NCBI RefSeq assembly: GCF_001194135.2
Contig: NC_068982.1
Span: forward strand, 98,789,159-98,853,158
DNA from: Octopus bimaculoides
Taxonomy: Eukaryota
Direction: 5' to 3'
DNA length: 64,000 nt
A program made the translations under genes and the position numbers. The notes below the pieces were generated by a model. That model had not been told where the DNA came from and searched no databases. It was given only the letters and a program-made list of their open reading frames with translations. Below, piece by piece: positions 27,170 to 40,113 of this stretch. Each line of letters begins with the position of its first letter. The stretch's first letter is position 1.

Positions 27170-28370
27170 TCATACAAGATAACCATGTTTCTCTTGTAAT
27201 GCAACACACCATTTTTCTGTCCCTCAGTACTACTCCCCACCAGTTGAGGGGTCTTGCCCTGCAAGTTACTTGGTGACCTCACTGTTGCTGGTACCACAAA
27301 AAAAGCACCCTGTACACTTTGTGAAGTGGTTGGCATTAGAAAGGGCATCCAACTGTAGAAATCATGCCAAAGCAGACAGTAGAGCTTGGTGCAGTCATCT
27401 GACTTGCCAGTTTCTGCCAAACCATCCAATCCATGCCAGAATGGAAAATGGAAATTAATTGATGATAATGATGATGATGATAAGTACATTAACTTACTTG
27501 ACTATAGTTTAATCCAACAAATCTAACATAGCTGTAGTATTGGATATTCTTTAATTGCCTTATATAATTATGTTAATTTACTGACAGCAGAATTATATAA
27601 GATTATGATAGTCCTATACTGGTATCTGTTACAAAAGCTTGCCATAGTCAACAACAGCTTGCCTTAGCCAATAACCTCTGGAATGTGAAAATTGTTGTGA
27701 TGCATAATTTCAAATAATTAAAACCAAACTGTACACATAGATTACACTTAAATTGTTAAGAACTTAAAAGAGACTGTTTATTACTTTGTTGACATGGTGA
27801 TATGTGAGGAAACTAACAGATCATATGTGACAAATTTGCAAGCTTTCTGCAAATGGGCCCAAAAGGTAGAGCTTTCATTCAACATTTAAAAATGTAAATT
27901 CAGAGTTACTGAATCACAATTTTAGAGAAGACGAGTCCCACTACTTGGATCTATGATGCCTGGAAACTCCAATGAATTTGAACATTTCATTGGGTAAATT
28001 GTAAATTATTCAAAAGGAGAAAAAAGATTTGTTGATACTGCAGCACCCTTGTTTAAAACTAAACAAATCAACCATCTTCTGTTGTCAGTTGAATGTTTCA
28101 TCAATTCATTTCACATTTGTTTTTCCGTCCTAGCAAGGGTTAGTTGAATACATATTGTTGGACATCGTTTTAAGCTTGATGCCCTTTTTGCCACTAACCA
28201 ACAGCTCACTTTCAAGTAAGAACGTTTTCATTTCACTCATTTTCTATAGAAGAAGATAGTTGCTGCCCAAGATGCTGCACAGCAGGTCTGAAGTGAAAAT
28301 AAATATTTGTGCAAAGGGAACTTTTTAACCACACGACCATATCTGTGCCTATTCTGTTAATGTAATTGAG

Positions 28371-28427
<57 letters not shown>

Positions 28428-28451
28428 NNNNNNNNNNNNNNNNNNGAGAGG

Positions 28452-28492
<41 letters not shown>

Positions 28493-31400
28493 TATTATAG
28501 CAGTTTCTTTATTTGTTTTAACATACGATTCACTAGTTACTCTTGAAACAGACACATCTGAATCACTGATGGCTATTCTAAAGGAAAACTGACACCCAAT
28601 ATAATTTCTGTTCATATAGATTGAAGGATATTGAAAAGAAATGACATACAGCAGAGTTAGAAGCCCCTGCTACATCACTCAAACAAATGTGACATAACCT
28701 GTTAGCACAAAAATTCAAATTTGTTACAGATCAACAAACAAGAGCTTTCCAATTTGAGATTTGGTTTATTTGTTATCAAAAATTACTAAACTGTATTGTT
28801 GGAAGACTACCTCACAGAGTTCCCACATGAAATGCAATTTCATCCAAGAAGAGAGAGTTTTGGTTGCAAATGCCTTAAGCAGACATTCTGCAATTGTTAA
28901 AGGGAACAACTTATATGTCAAACGGTGATAGGAAAAACAATGAAGAGATGGAACACTCTGGTTTAGATAGACAAATTGCTTATACGAAAAGATTCAATTG
29001 CAACAGCTTATTAAAAACCACTTTACAGATATAATTAGATTTATAAAGGTCAAGGTTCATCAGGATTACAACTGGCCACTTATCAAGAATATCTTGGCAG
29101 CGACAGTCATTTGATATTGTAGGACTGGAAAAGATTACTAAAACGAGCAATTCTTACATTTAGACAGTATTTCATATTTATGTGTCATTCAATGTATCTC
29201 TTTATTATTCCTTTCGTTTGCTAAACTAAACTATTTTCATTAGAGATAAAGCAATCAGTCAAAGAGCATTTAAGGTTAGGAGTTGCCATCCTTCATCAAA
29301 TAAAATAGATAAAATGAACAAAACAATAAAGAGATATGGAAATTGCTCAGTTATATCTAATGCAATAAAAGAAAACAGTTGAATAAAGAACACTAATGAA
29401 TAATGAAAGCCATCTAGGATTTACTCATGCAATCACTTCATAGCATAATCTTTAACTTTATATGTACTACACTGGAAAGTCCAGATAATTTTATCCTTAA
29501 CCTTTTAGCAGTTAAACTAGCCATATCTGGCCCAAATATTCTGTTTTATGTTCAAACAAGCCAGATCCAACATCTCACACCTAACCTACAATGTCTACAT
29601 TATTGAAACTTCAAAGTTACAAGATAATACATAATTAATTCAAAATAATATGAATAAATAAACAATACATTTGACAGAGTAATCTGAATGCTAAAGGGCT
29701 AAGCAAGTACAACAACTCATACAGCAATGCTGATAGCATAAGTTTGGATATAGTAAATGAAGGGAACAGATCAGATCATCACTCTACTATAATTGCAACA
29801 AATAATCCTAACAGACCAATAAGAACAAGAATAATGCCTGCCAATTAGAATGATAGTATATTCTAAAGAGAAACAGTGACTATTTTTTGTTATATTTTGT
29901 ATTGTTAATTATGATAGTATCGTATTACTTGCAAAATGATTAACTTTTTATTTTTCTCCCTTTTTTTGGTTGTGCAGATAATGTGGTATTGGATATTCTA
30001 CATTTATTCCATAATAATGCAGCATACGAATACTGCATTGAGATCAAAAAACTATTCTATTAGTCTATACTAGAATAGCCTGCCATTTATTATAAAGAGA
30101 GAATAAAATGACTTAATGAGTCAACAATTATTGGAGCAAGAAATAGGTCTATGGATGGATACTGATGCCTTGAAATCAAAGTACCACAGAGGTATATTTG
30201 ATCAGTGATTTTCAATGGTTTACTTTATCAGTCAGACATTGTAACTATTACAATTAGTAACTATTTAACTGTAGTTTGTATTAACATCAGTTTTACATAG
30301 TACATTTACTAAATACTCATTGAGTCTAAATTAGCCACAGCCTTAAAGAGAACATTTAGTAACTACTTACTGTAGTTTAAATTAACAACAGTTTTACATA
30401 GTACATTTAGTAACTACATCAATGTAGTATTTTTAGTATACTGTTGTCAACTGGACTTCATCTACCCTATCCTTGAGTCTCCTTCAACTACCACAGGTTC
30501 TTTTTACTTCCTCCTCACTCCTACTTTTTCTCTACCTTTCAACCATTCTGCCCTCTCTTTCATCAATATTTAGCAATAACATACATCTGTTTAATTTTCA
30601 ACATTCTCTCTCTCTCTACTGTCTTTGATAATTTGCTATTATCCATAGTCTTGCAAATGGAAACAACACAGAGTTACTTCAGGAAAATTAAGACAAGTAA
30701 ATCTCAAGTGAAAACAACTTGTGTAGGAACCCTAGTCACTCTGAATTGCAAAATACTAGTACAGGACAGAGAGGGATCGGTGTCCACTAAGACAACTTCT
30801 CTACTGCCACTGTCATGATAAAACACTATAGTCTCCTTTCTGTAAATAATTAAATATCTTCATGATCTGCAGATAATTATCATCACTATGGTCTCCAGTC
30901 TGCAGATAACTAAATATCTTCATATACTACTTCCTACTTCACCTTTGTCATGTCATGTTTTTGTGTTAGAAAATAAAGGTAGGACTGATTTTACAGCAGT
31001 AACCTGCCAGCAGATATGATAGGAACTAATCCCCTAAGTAATACTTCAGGAGACTGCCCTATTTGTTGGTAGACCCTCAAGAATCTACAAACTTCCAGTC
31101 AGAATACTAACAAGGATCAAAATAGTAGAGTAGCAGTAGCTCAGAAGTCATAGTTCCCACTCCATACATACAAACTAAACTCAGAGTTTGGGCAAAGATC
31201 ATAAACACTGCCCTTTTACCATTATCAAAACCAAAAAAGAAACAAATTTAAAATCCAGCCACACATGAAAATCAATTACCTATTACTTATTAGGCTGTGA
31301 ATTACCTCACCATTTACACAATAGGTCTTTTAACAAAACACTTTTATATACAATATTTCTGACCATTACACTTCCTTTATATCCATTACTGTCCCCATAT

Positions 31401-34400
31401 AGTCATAACAATCATGATTTAAACTCCAAGTAAACAAGAGAACTAATACAACTTTTAATTAATTAGGTGCAATAGTGGAACTTAAAAACAAGTCTTATAA
31501 CAACATGTCACCTAAGAACAAGTCTATTTTGTTGAGATAGCTTCTTTAAAGAAGATGTCAAATGAAAGCTATTTGTGTGAGTGATAAAACCCTCCTCACT
31601 GATAATTATTTTCACTTGAACTTTGTTCTTCTGAACATGCTAGCGGTGTTCGAACCACTCGTGAATATACTCCAAAACTCTTATATTTCTGTCATTATCA
31701 ATCTCCTCTTTTTTTTTTTTTTTTTTTAAAGTTCCATACCAAACCTTACCTTCAGTCTTTCATGCCAAGCAAATCTCTTTGTAGAAATTTCTTTTTTTCC
31801 ACTTTGTATTCCAGCTTGTAAAGCTTTGCACAAACTACACCAACATCACTCATGCCTTCTCACCTCTTCATGTTCCTACTGCCCTCCAAAATGAACTAAG
31901 AGAAATACTCCACCGCTGCAACCTTGCAAATAGCAATAAAATCAGATAAAACAGAGAATGTGCTATACTCTCACCCACTTGACACATTAATCAATATAAG
32001 CATCCATATGATATAAGTAAAGGAGAAGGCTGATTTTGAATCTAAAATTAGAATTTCCATTGTTTGTAGTGAAATGAAATACAATGTCTTATTAATTAAT
32101 TACATACACTCTGCTATTTACATTACCTACCTCTGGAATTCTGGCATGTACTCAAGATACTGAAAATTGCAGATGGCTGAGACATTAAGGTACTAGAAGT
32201 CTAGACTAAGGACCATTTGTTCCTATTATAGTGTGGTACTGTGTTTCTATAAAAGATAATTGACTTAGCTTATCCTGAAAAAAAATACCATAAAGGTGAT
32301 ATGACTTACTTCCATAAGCAGTAGAAGCATAATATAATTAAAAAGTGTTTTGATACGTTGCGTTCGTATAAAACTCACTCACACACATGCATATTCATAC
32401 ATACACACAGATGCAAATTTTAAAAATAGTAAGTGGTTATAAGTAATTATGTTGATACAAATATATTATTAGTATTTTTTTTGAGTATCAGAGGAGTGAG
32501 AAGTACACAAAGGTAAGAAGAACATCTAGCCCTAAAAATATTTGCACTCAATTCAATGAAGGGGCCTCTAGAGGCTGTTGAAATTGCAAGAAATAGCAGT
32601 CAAATTTCTTTCATATTACACTACTATTTTGAAAGCAGAGACACACTAGATAATGTAGCCCTCAATATGCAATGCCTTAGAGCAGGGGTTTTCAAACTGT
32701 GGTTCCCGGACCACAGGGGGTCCGCAAGGACAAGACAAGGGGTCTATGGACAGCAAATACTTTTTATGGGCAATTTGATTTTATAAATGTTTTTTAATTG
32801 AAATCTTTTAATTGACAATAAACCTATTTGTTAAATACTGTTAAATAAATAAATGTAAAAATATGTTATTTTAAACAAATATTCATGTGTAAATTTCATA
32901 AGCGTTTATAAGGAGGTCCCTAAGGTAAAGCCTGAAATATAAAGGGGTCCACAAGTCAAAAAGTTTGAAAACCCCTGCCTTAGAGAAGAACAGAATGCTG
33001 AGAGCTGGAATGTCTTTGATCAGAAGTTTGTAGATAAGGGTTGACCTGGGTCTAAACAACAACAACAGTTACACAAACTGTAAATTTAAGGCCCAAATTT
33101 TCTGAAACTATCGCTGAGTCTATTAAGAAAAGAAAGTGAAAACATAGCGGTAAAAATCAAATAATCAATCATCTTCTCAAAACTATAATCACCAAAAACT
33201 TTAATTACTAATATTATACATCAAATCAAACATGGTTGTGTAATTAAGAAGCTTGCTTTGCAACCATGTGATTTGGGGTTCAGTGCCATCATGTGACAGT
33301 CTGAGCACTCTGTCTTTTAGTTAGCCCCAGGCTTTCAATACCGTATGAGAGAATTTGGTAGATGGAAACTGTGTGGAAGCCCATCATCTATATGCATATG
33401 TGTTGAGTGGCTAGGAAACTGGTGTTGGCTTGTCTACATGGTTGTAACTTGGCAGTTCAGCAAAAGAGACCAGAAGAATAAGAATCAGGCTTAAAAATAA
33501 GAAGTGGAGTTGATTTGTTAGGCTAAATACTTCAAGGTGGTACCCAAACATGGCTGCAGTCCAGTGATTGAAACAAGTAAAAGATAAAAGACAATACAAA
33601 AAAAAAGACAAGACAGTCAACCAATATTACTGTCTCTCTGCAATTAAATTTGATAATATGAATAAAGTAAATGAGGTCAATAATATGACCCTCATCCACA
33701 ACCAATCCTCCTCCTCCCCCACCACCAACTACCAAAAGTTGCATTCAAAACATATATTGTGCAAGAGACTACTCACATATTACTGTCTTCAATTATGTTG
33801 AAACTTTCACCAACTTTGTCTTCTACAGTGGACAATACAGGGTGATCAAAATACTGAAATAGAAACAATTTAGATAATCACTCGCTGCAGAAAACTGCCT
33901 TCTATTTTTAGTTATAAGAAATACAGTGACATGCAAACATATATAGCAAACTATCGCTGTTTGTAGTTGAAAATATGATGATATAATTCACATGTAAAAC
34001 ATGCATACACAATGGTTCTCTTAAAATTAATACATACTTAACAAAATAGAAAGTAACACTGTTTTAAATTTCAAATTTATGCTGAAAATGAGAAGCAAAA
34101 CAATTTATTAGAGACTAATAAATAACATCTATAACTGTAGGTTGAAATATGTCATGAACATATTTTAACTAACCTAAATTTTGCGTAGTCATAATTACTG
34201 CTTGGCACTGATACTTGATGCTGAATGTCTACGACCGTGTGGTCCAACAATGAAACACAGTCAATGCTGTTGACTGTGCTTTAGTTAAAGCACATGGTTT
34301 TAAATCTGCTCGGAGTTACCTCTCTTCGGTATTTCCCATTGAAGAAGGCTAAAGAGCCAGAAACGCTACATCTGAGAATGATCATGTAACATCCTATGCC

Positions 34401-35310
34401 ACCCCTTATTCATTTCTATGCAAATGACATCATCCTACATTCTTTCTCTTTATTTTGCACTTATATTTCACTTTTATGAACTCGTAATGGCTCCTTCAAG
34501 ACCTGCATGGTCAGAATTGACAAAGACTTAGTTACAAAAAATTACAACTGAAGTTCAACAGCTTAATCTCATTTAACAGCACCAAAGCAGACAGTACATA
34601 TCCTAGGTAAATGTGCACAAAACACCTTCACTACTTGTGATCAACACCCAACTAAAACCATCACCACAATTAACATTCATTTTAACTTTGATAACATCTC
34701 TTAGTAACAGGACAAACACACACACATAATCATTATCAGTTAATGTCTATTTTCCATGCTGACATGGGTCAGAAGGTTCAACAAGAGATCAAGTTGCAAT
34801 ATCTGTTTTGGCATGATTTCTACAGTTGGATGCTTTTCCTAACACCAACCACTTTACAGAGTGTACACGTGTTAGGTAGAGTATCAAGTTATATGAGTGT
34901 ACGAGGTATTAGGAAGCAGAAAGTAGAGTTACAGGTAGAGAGGACAGGAGTACAAAGTTAGTGAGTTTATTGGAACAGAGGCAATTTTAAAGAGACAGAG
35001 ATTATACTTGAGCAAAGGTTAAGTAATATTATGGCTATTAATCAGAGACCATTTGAAAGTAGATAGGGGTAAAATCCCAAAGAAGTGCTTTATGGTATAA
35101 CCAACAAATTCAGTTCCAAATTCAATATCAATGTGCTGCTAAACTTTGAGCTGGAGCCTTCTTCTGCCACATCAAGTTGATCAATGGTCTGTAAGTGAAA
35201 TTTGGTTGGATTGATTGACTATCTAACTCACTCACATACATACATACATACATACATGCATACATACATACATACATATATGCATACATGAATGCCACAC
35301 ATGCATGCAT

Positions 35311-35351
<41 letters not shown>

Positions 35352-38300
35352 CTACTCCTTATGCAGAACCTGAGCACCTCTTGTACCCACACCTTAGATT
35401 CATAATGGCATCTGATGTGGCTTTTTAAACAAGGCAATGTATTGAAAAGACACACACATAGATTGCATATCTAATCTGGACCACCAAGAGCTGCAGTTAA
35501 GTTCTGATCTTTCAAGGCCTCCATCAGAATTGCAGACCTTATGGCATACACAACATTGAAAGGTGTACACAGATATATAGGCAAAATAGTTGGTGGAGGT
35601 TCGTTTTTCATGGGCCTCAAATGAAATTTGAGCCCAGAAAAAAAAGCATGGTCTGTCACTGTGCACACAAAAAGGCCACTGAGATTCACCTTCTCAATCA
35701 CAACATTCTTCTTTAAATCTCTCTTGAGTCTTGCATATGTTACCCTGGCCTCTTCAAATGTTTTCACTCCACTCCACACTTTTGTTCGCCATCCAACTTG
35801 ATTTGAAGCAAAGGTTTCTATGACCTTTGAATCCATTCCAAGTGACTTCATGGTAGTCTTTATGCCATCCTTAAACCTCTTTTTAGGTTTACACCAACTG
35901 CATTTCCCTTCTGCAAGCTCGCCCTAAAACAGCTGTTTGGGTGTATTCATCCACCATTCGAGCAATATGGCCAGACCATCTCATTTGATTCTTCAGAATC
36001 ATTGACTTAATTGAAGTGATGCCTGCAGATGCAAAGAAATCTATGTCTGAAGTAAAAAAAGCTCCATTTAATGTTTAAAATGTGACAAAGACATTTCTGT
36101 GGAACCATTATAACACTTTGAAATGTCTTTCGTAACACATCCATGTTTCAGAAGAATACAACAGGGATGGTAAAACAAACGATTTGTAAAGAGCCAATTT
36201 TGTGTTGTTATTTATATGTCATTGGTGCCAAATGCATGACTCCAAACCACCAAATGCTTGTGCTCTCCTTTTACATACATACACGCATACACATAGATGC
36301 TCATTTCAATGTGGGGTGACAACCATTACATTCAGACAAAAATGTCTGAGTTATCTCATTTACAAAATGTCGTCTTTGCATTTCATATCTTAGGAGACTA
36401 ATGAAGTTGTCATCATGTATTGTACGCCTGCAATGCATTGATGACATTATAATCAAAGTCTTCCTGATTGAGTATGAGTTCTGTAGTTGCTTTGCCACTC
36501 TTGTCCAACCAGCTCGTGATATTGTCCATACATTGCGTTCTTTGCCTGCTTCTTGATCTTCTCCCCTCTACTCTTCTTTCTATGATAATGTTTTCCAGAA
36601 CTCTGCTTCTTCAGATATAGCTATAATAGATAAGCTTTTTCTTTTCTTTTTTTTTTTCACAATGTTCAGGGGTTGTCTTCCATCCACTTGTAATATCCAT
36701 TCATTTGTCCAATGGTTCTTGTAAGAGACTTGTAACATTCTCCTATACACCCACATTTCAAATGACATTTCAAATGCAGTTATTATGCTCTCTTCAAATT
36801 TGTTCAGAGTCCATGCTTCACAACCATAAATGTCTATCAGTCGAATGAGCACTCACACTGGCCTTGCTTTTAACTTAGTTGAGGCACTTATGTTGGTCCA
36901 GATGTTATTAAGCTTTTCCATAGCTGTTCTTGCCATGTCCTAATTTCTTTCTTACATTTGCTTTCATCAAAGATTTGGGTTGCAGGATATTTGTAGAATT
37001 TAACTTGTTTGATTCTCACACAGCCCAGTTCGATGTTAATGTTTACTTTCTCTTTTCCTACCACCATGACTTTTGTTTTGAAGTACCAGACATAAATACT
37101 GGAGTTGACATAGTTCCTTGAAAGTGGTGCCTCAGCATATTCACAGTTCATTGACAGGAACCAGTAAAAGAATAATGAAAGAGACATTAGACCAAATCTG
37201 CAAGACAAGAGAAAACTGATCAACAACTACTAAAATACTGACTACCCCAAATCATAAATGTAATCAAAAGAGAGACCATTTCTATTAGATTCACACACAT
37301 TTTTTTTCTCTTTTGGAAGGACATTAGGAATATGAACAGTTAATAAGATAGTAAAAAAAAAAAATAAAATAAAATATTAGAGAATAAAGAAATTCTAAAA
37401 CAGCTGGCTGTCAGAATGAAAAAACTTGGTTAAGTCCAGTTTAGGAAAGAAAAAGAATCTTTGTTACATGTAGTAATTGTATAATACATATATACTGATC
37501 AAAATTATCAAACTAGTGCATAATGATTAGGTCAGACAAAACAAGTAGTTTTGACTTGGATTGTATCAAATAACTCCAGCTGTTGCCTCTAATACTTCAA
37601 GATACTTATACAGTATAACACTCAGCAATAGAATTAGTATCTAGTAGCTGAGATGTTCTTTCGAACACCAGATTTATTCATTATAATGAAAGTAAATATA
37701 TTGTGGCACCAGAACATGAGGTGTTATTCCTCTCTACACTTAAGGCAATTTGTTTTCATTAGAGCCATGTTTCAGTGTATATTGCTTTTATTGTGGTTTG
37801 AGAAATTAAATTTTTTATACTTTCACAGTGTAGTTTTCAGGGTTGTCTTCATTAAGTTACATGAGGAACTTATGCATCTACATATATATAGCTATGCTAT
37901 GACATGGAAAAATTTACCAAATCTGAATTCTGTACGGAGAATACAGAGACTACTAGATTTAATGCAGTAAACTCAATAATTATTTTTAATGAATTGAAAT
38001 TGTGACTCTAATGAGACAAAACTCATCAATATTAATGAATATTTATTCTCAGAAAGGGCAGAGGAGTGAACTCCTGAATTTTTAATCAATCAAAAATTCA
38101 TCAGCAATATGCAATTGTGGGGAAGTGAGTTTGATTTTTGGTAGTTCCAGTGACCACTCAAATCATATTTTGGTTCACTTTTTACCTCCTCAGCAAAATG
38201 CAACCCCTCAAGAGATATTCTGAAGTGAATTAATTTATTAGGCAAATTAAATTAATTAAAAAGTATTTTTGCTTCACCACTTCAAGAATGGTAACCTGCA

Positions 38301-40071
38301 TATAGTTGTCACTCTTGAGGAATTTTCCAAAGTCAATCATTTCATTTGCCTAACCAGTGAATGTTCTCACAAAACGCTATTTCTACTAGCTACATTAAGA
38401 TCTTGGTAAGCTACACTTTGCTGAAGAGACCCAATAATGCTAAACATGTCCAAACGTGTTACTGTCTCTACTAGAAATCACTGCACACCTTTAACTCTTG
38501 ACTGATAAAAATTTTGAGGGTTCTCTCCTCTACCCCTTCTCAAATTAAATTTTTATTATCACAAATTATTTATTTTTAATTTCTCATAGGGTTTATAGTT
38601 ATTTTTGGTTTACTTCACCTTCCTTAAGTACAGTATCCTGCACTTACCTAGCTATGTTATTGTATGTTTTCATTCATAACCTAGTTATGATAGCTATCAA
38701 GCCATTCTTGTTTCATACAAAAGCATGACAAGAGGGGAAGATATTTTAAATGAATATGGAGTTGTTTTCCTTTATGCAGCTGTGAAGTGATGAAGGGAGA
38801 AAATGAATTCTTTCATAACAAGAATTATATTACCAATTTAGATATTTTATACAGTAAGTTAGCAACAAACAGTCTTAACTGCATCCAAATAAACCATTCC
38901 TCTGATTAACAAGAATAAACTCACATTACAAGCATAAGCTCATTAGCTGCATACTCCTTTCACATACACCCATTCCACGCACCAGTCTGTCCTACATCCC
39001 TACAAATGTCTCATCACCCAAATTCTGCACTAAATACTTCTCCCACTCTTGCCCCTCCTCAAAGAGCAGTCAGCTTCTGTAACTTTCTCTCCACTTATAA
39101 ATCTCAACAGTTAGGAGGGTCTGGACACTATCTCTCCTCCTCTGATAAAAATATATATACAGAAACATGTAAAAAACTTCATATTACTCAAATATTTGCA
39201 TACCTAGATCACAGCTTCATCAATCATAGCCAATGTCAGATCTTATTAACATCAGCTTCAAAAACAAAACAACAACAAAAAAAAATCAACTACAAATGAA
39301 TACATAAGCAGCCACTTGTGTGTCTCAAGAACACAACCTCTTTAATGCATCCATTTATAAACTTGCTGTTCTCAGTCCAAATATATCCAAAATATCATTC
39401 CTTCTTTAGTAACCCATCAGTGGAAATTAGTGAAATCCAAATACCTTAATGACTTGCACTATAGTGTTATTCACCAGTAATTTCTTGCCGTTGAGAATCT
39501 GAAAACATTACATTGTTACTGTGAACATTTGTATAGTTTTACATAAAGTTTCACATCAAGAAATCTTGGCTTAAATCCCTACCTATTGATTATATGTTTG
39601 ACCTAACAACTGGAAATTTTTGTTTTCTCACGAGGTGCTCCAATGCAGCAGTCATGTAGAGTATTTTCTGTCTGCAACACCACAAACTTATACATTCTCT
39701 AAGAAGCTGTCATCTCCCCTACCAATTGCATCAATAACCTCCTTTCTAATACATCTTATCACATACTCTTGATAACACCACTTTATTTTAGTCTTTCATT
39801 TTGTAATCACAATATTTACAATCTTGGCTCCTGCCAATTAGTTTGCACACTTCCATCAGTAACAACAAATCAATGAGGGAACCTCGATGTGGATGCTTGA
39901 TCTGCTAGAAATAGTAGTCAAATTCCCTGTAAATTATACCCTATCATCTTAAAGATGGAAAGACCACATTATATAATGCAGTACAAGGTATACAGCTCTG
40001 AATAAAAGACAGGGTGATCACAGCTGGAGACAAGCAACAATGACAGGCAGCAACACTCCAAAGTAACAAAT

Positions 40072-40113
<42 letters not shown>

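Noticed and set aside
31864-32159. Alternative exon 2 candidates (31864-31895 [10 protein letters not shown]; 32131-32159 YLEYMPEFQ)
   Set aside because: Phase-compatible but with no PDXDC1 similarity; 33777-33853 fits far better.
34200-34225. miR-96/263-like sequence cttggcactg
   Set aside because: Only the seed matches and there is no complementary star arm.
34339-34368. TTGAAGA-aggctaaagagcca-GAAACGCTA hammerhead-like motif
   Set aside because: C3 is absent, 10.1-11.1 is unpaired and no helix I can form; at most a very old relic.
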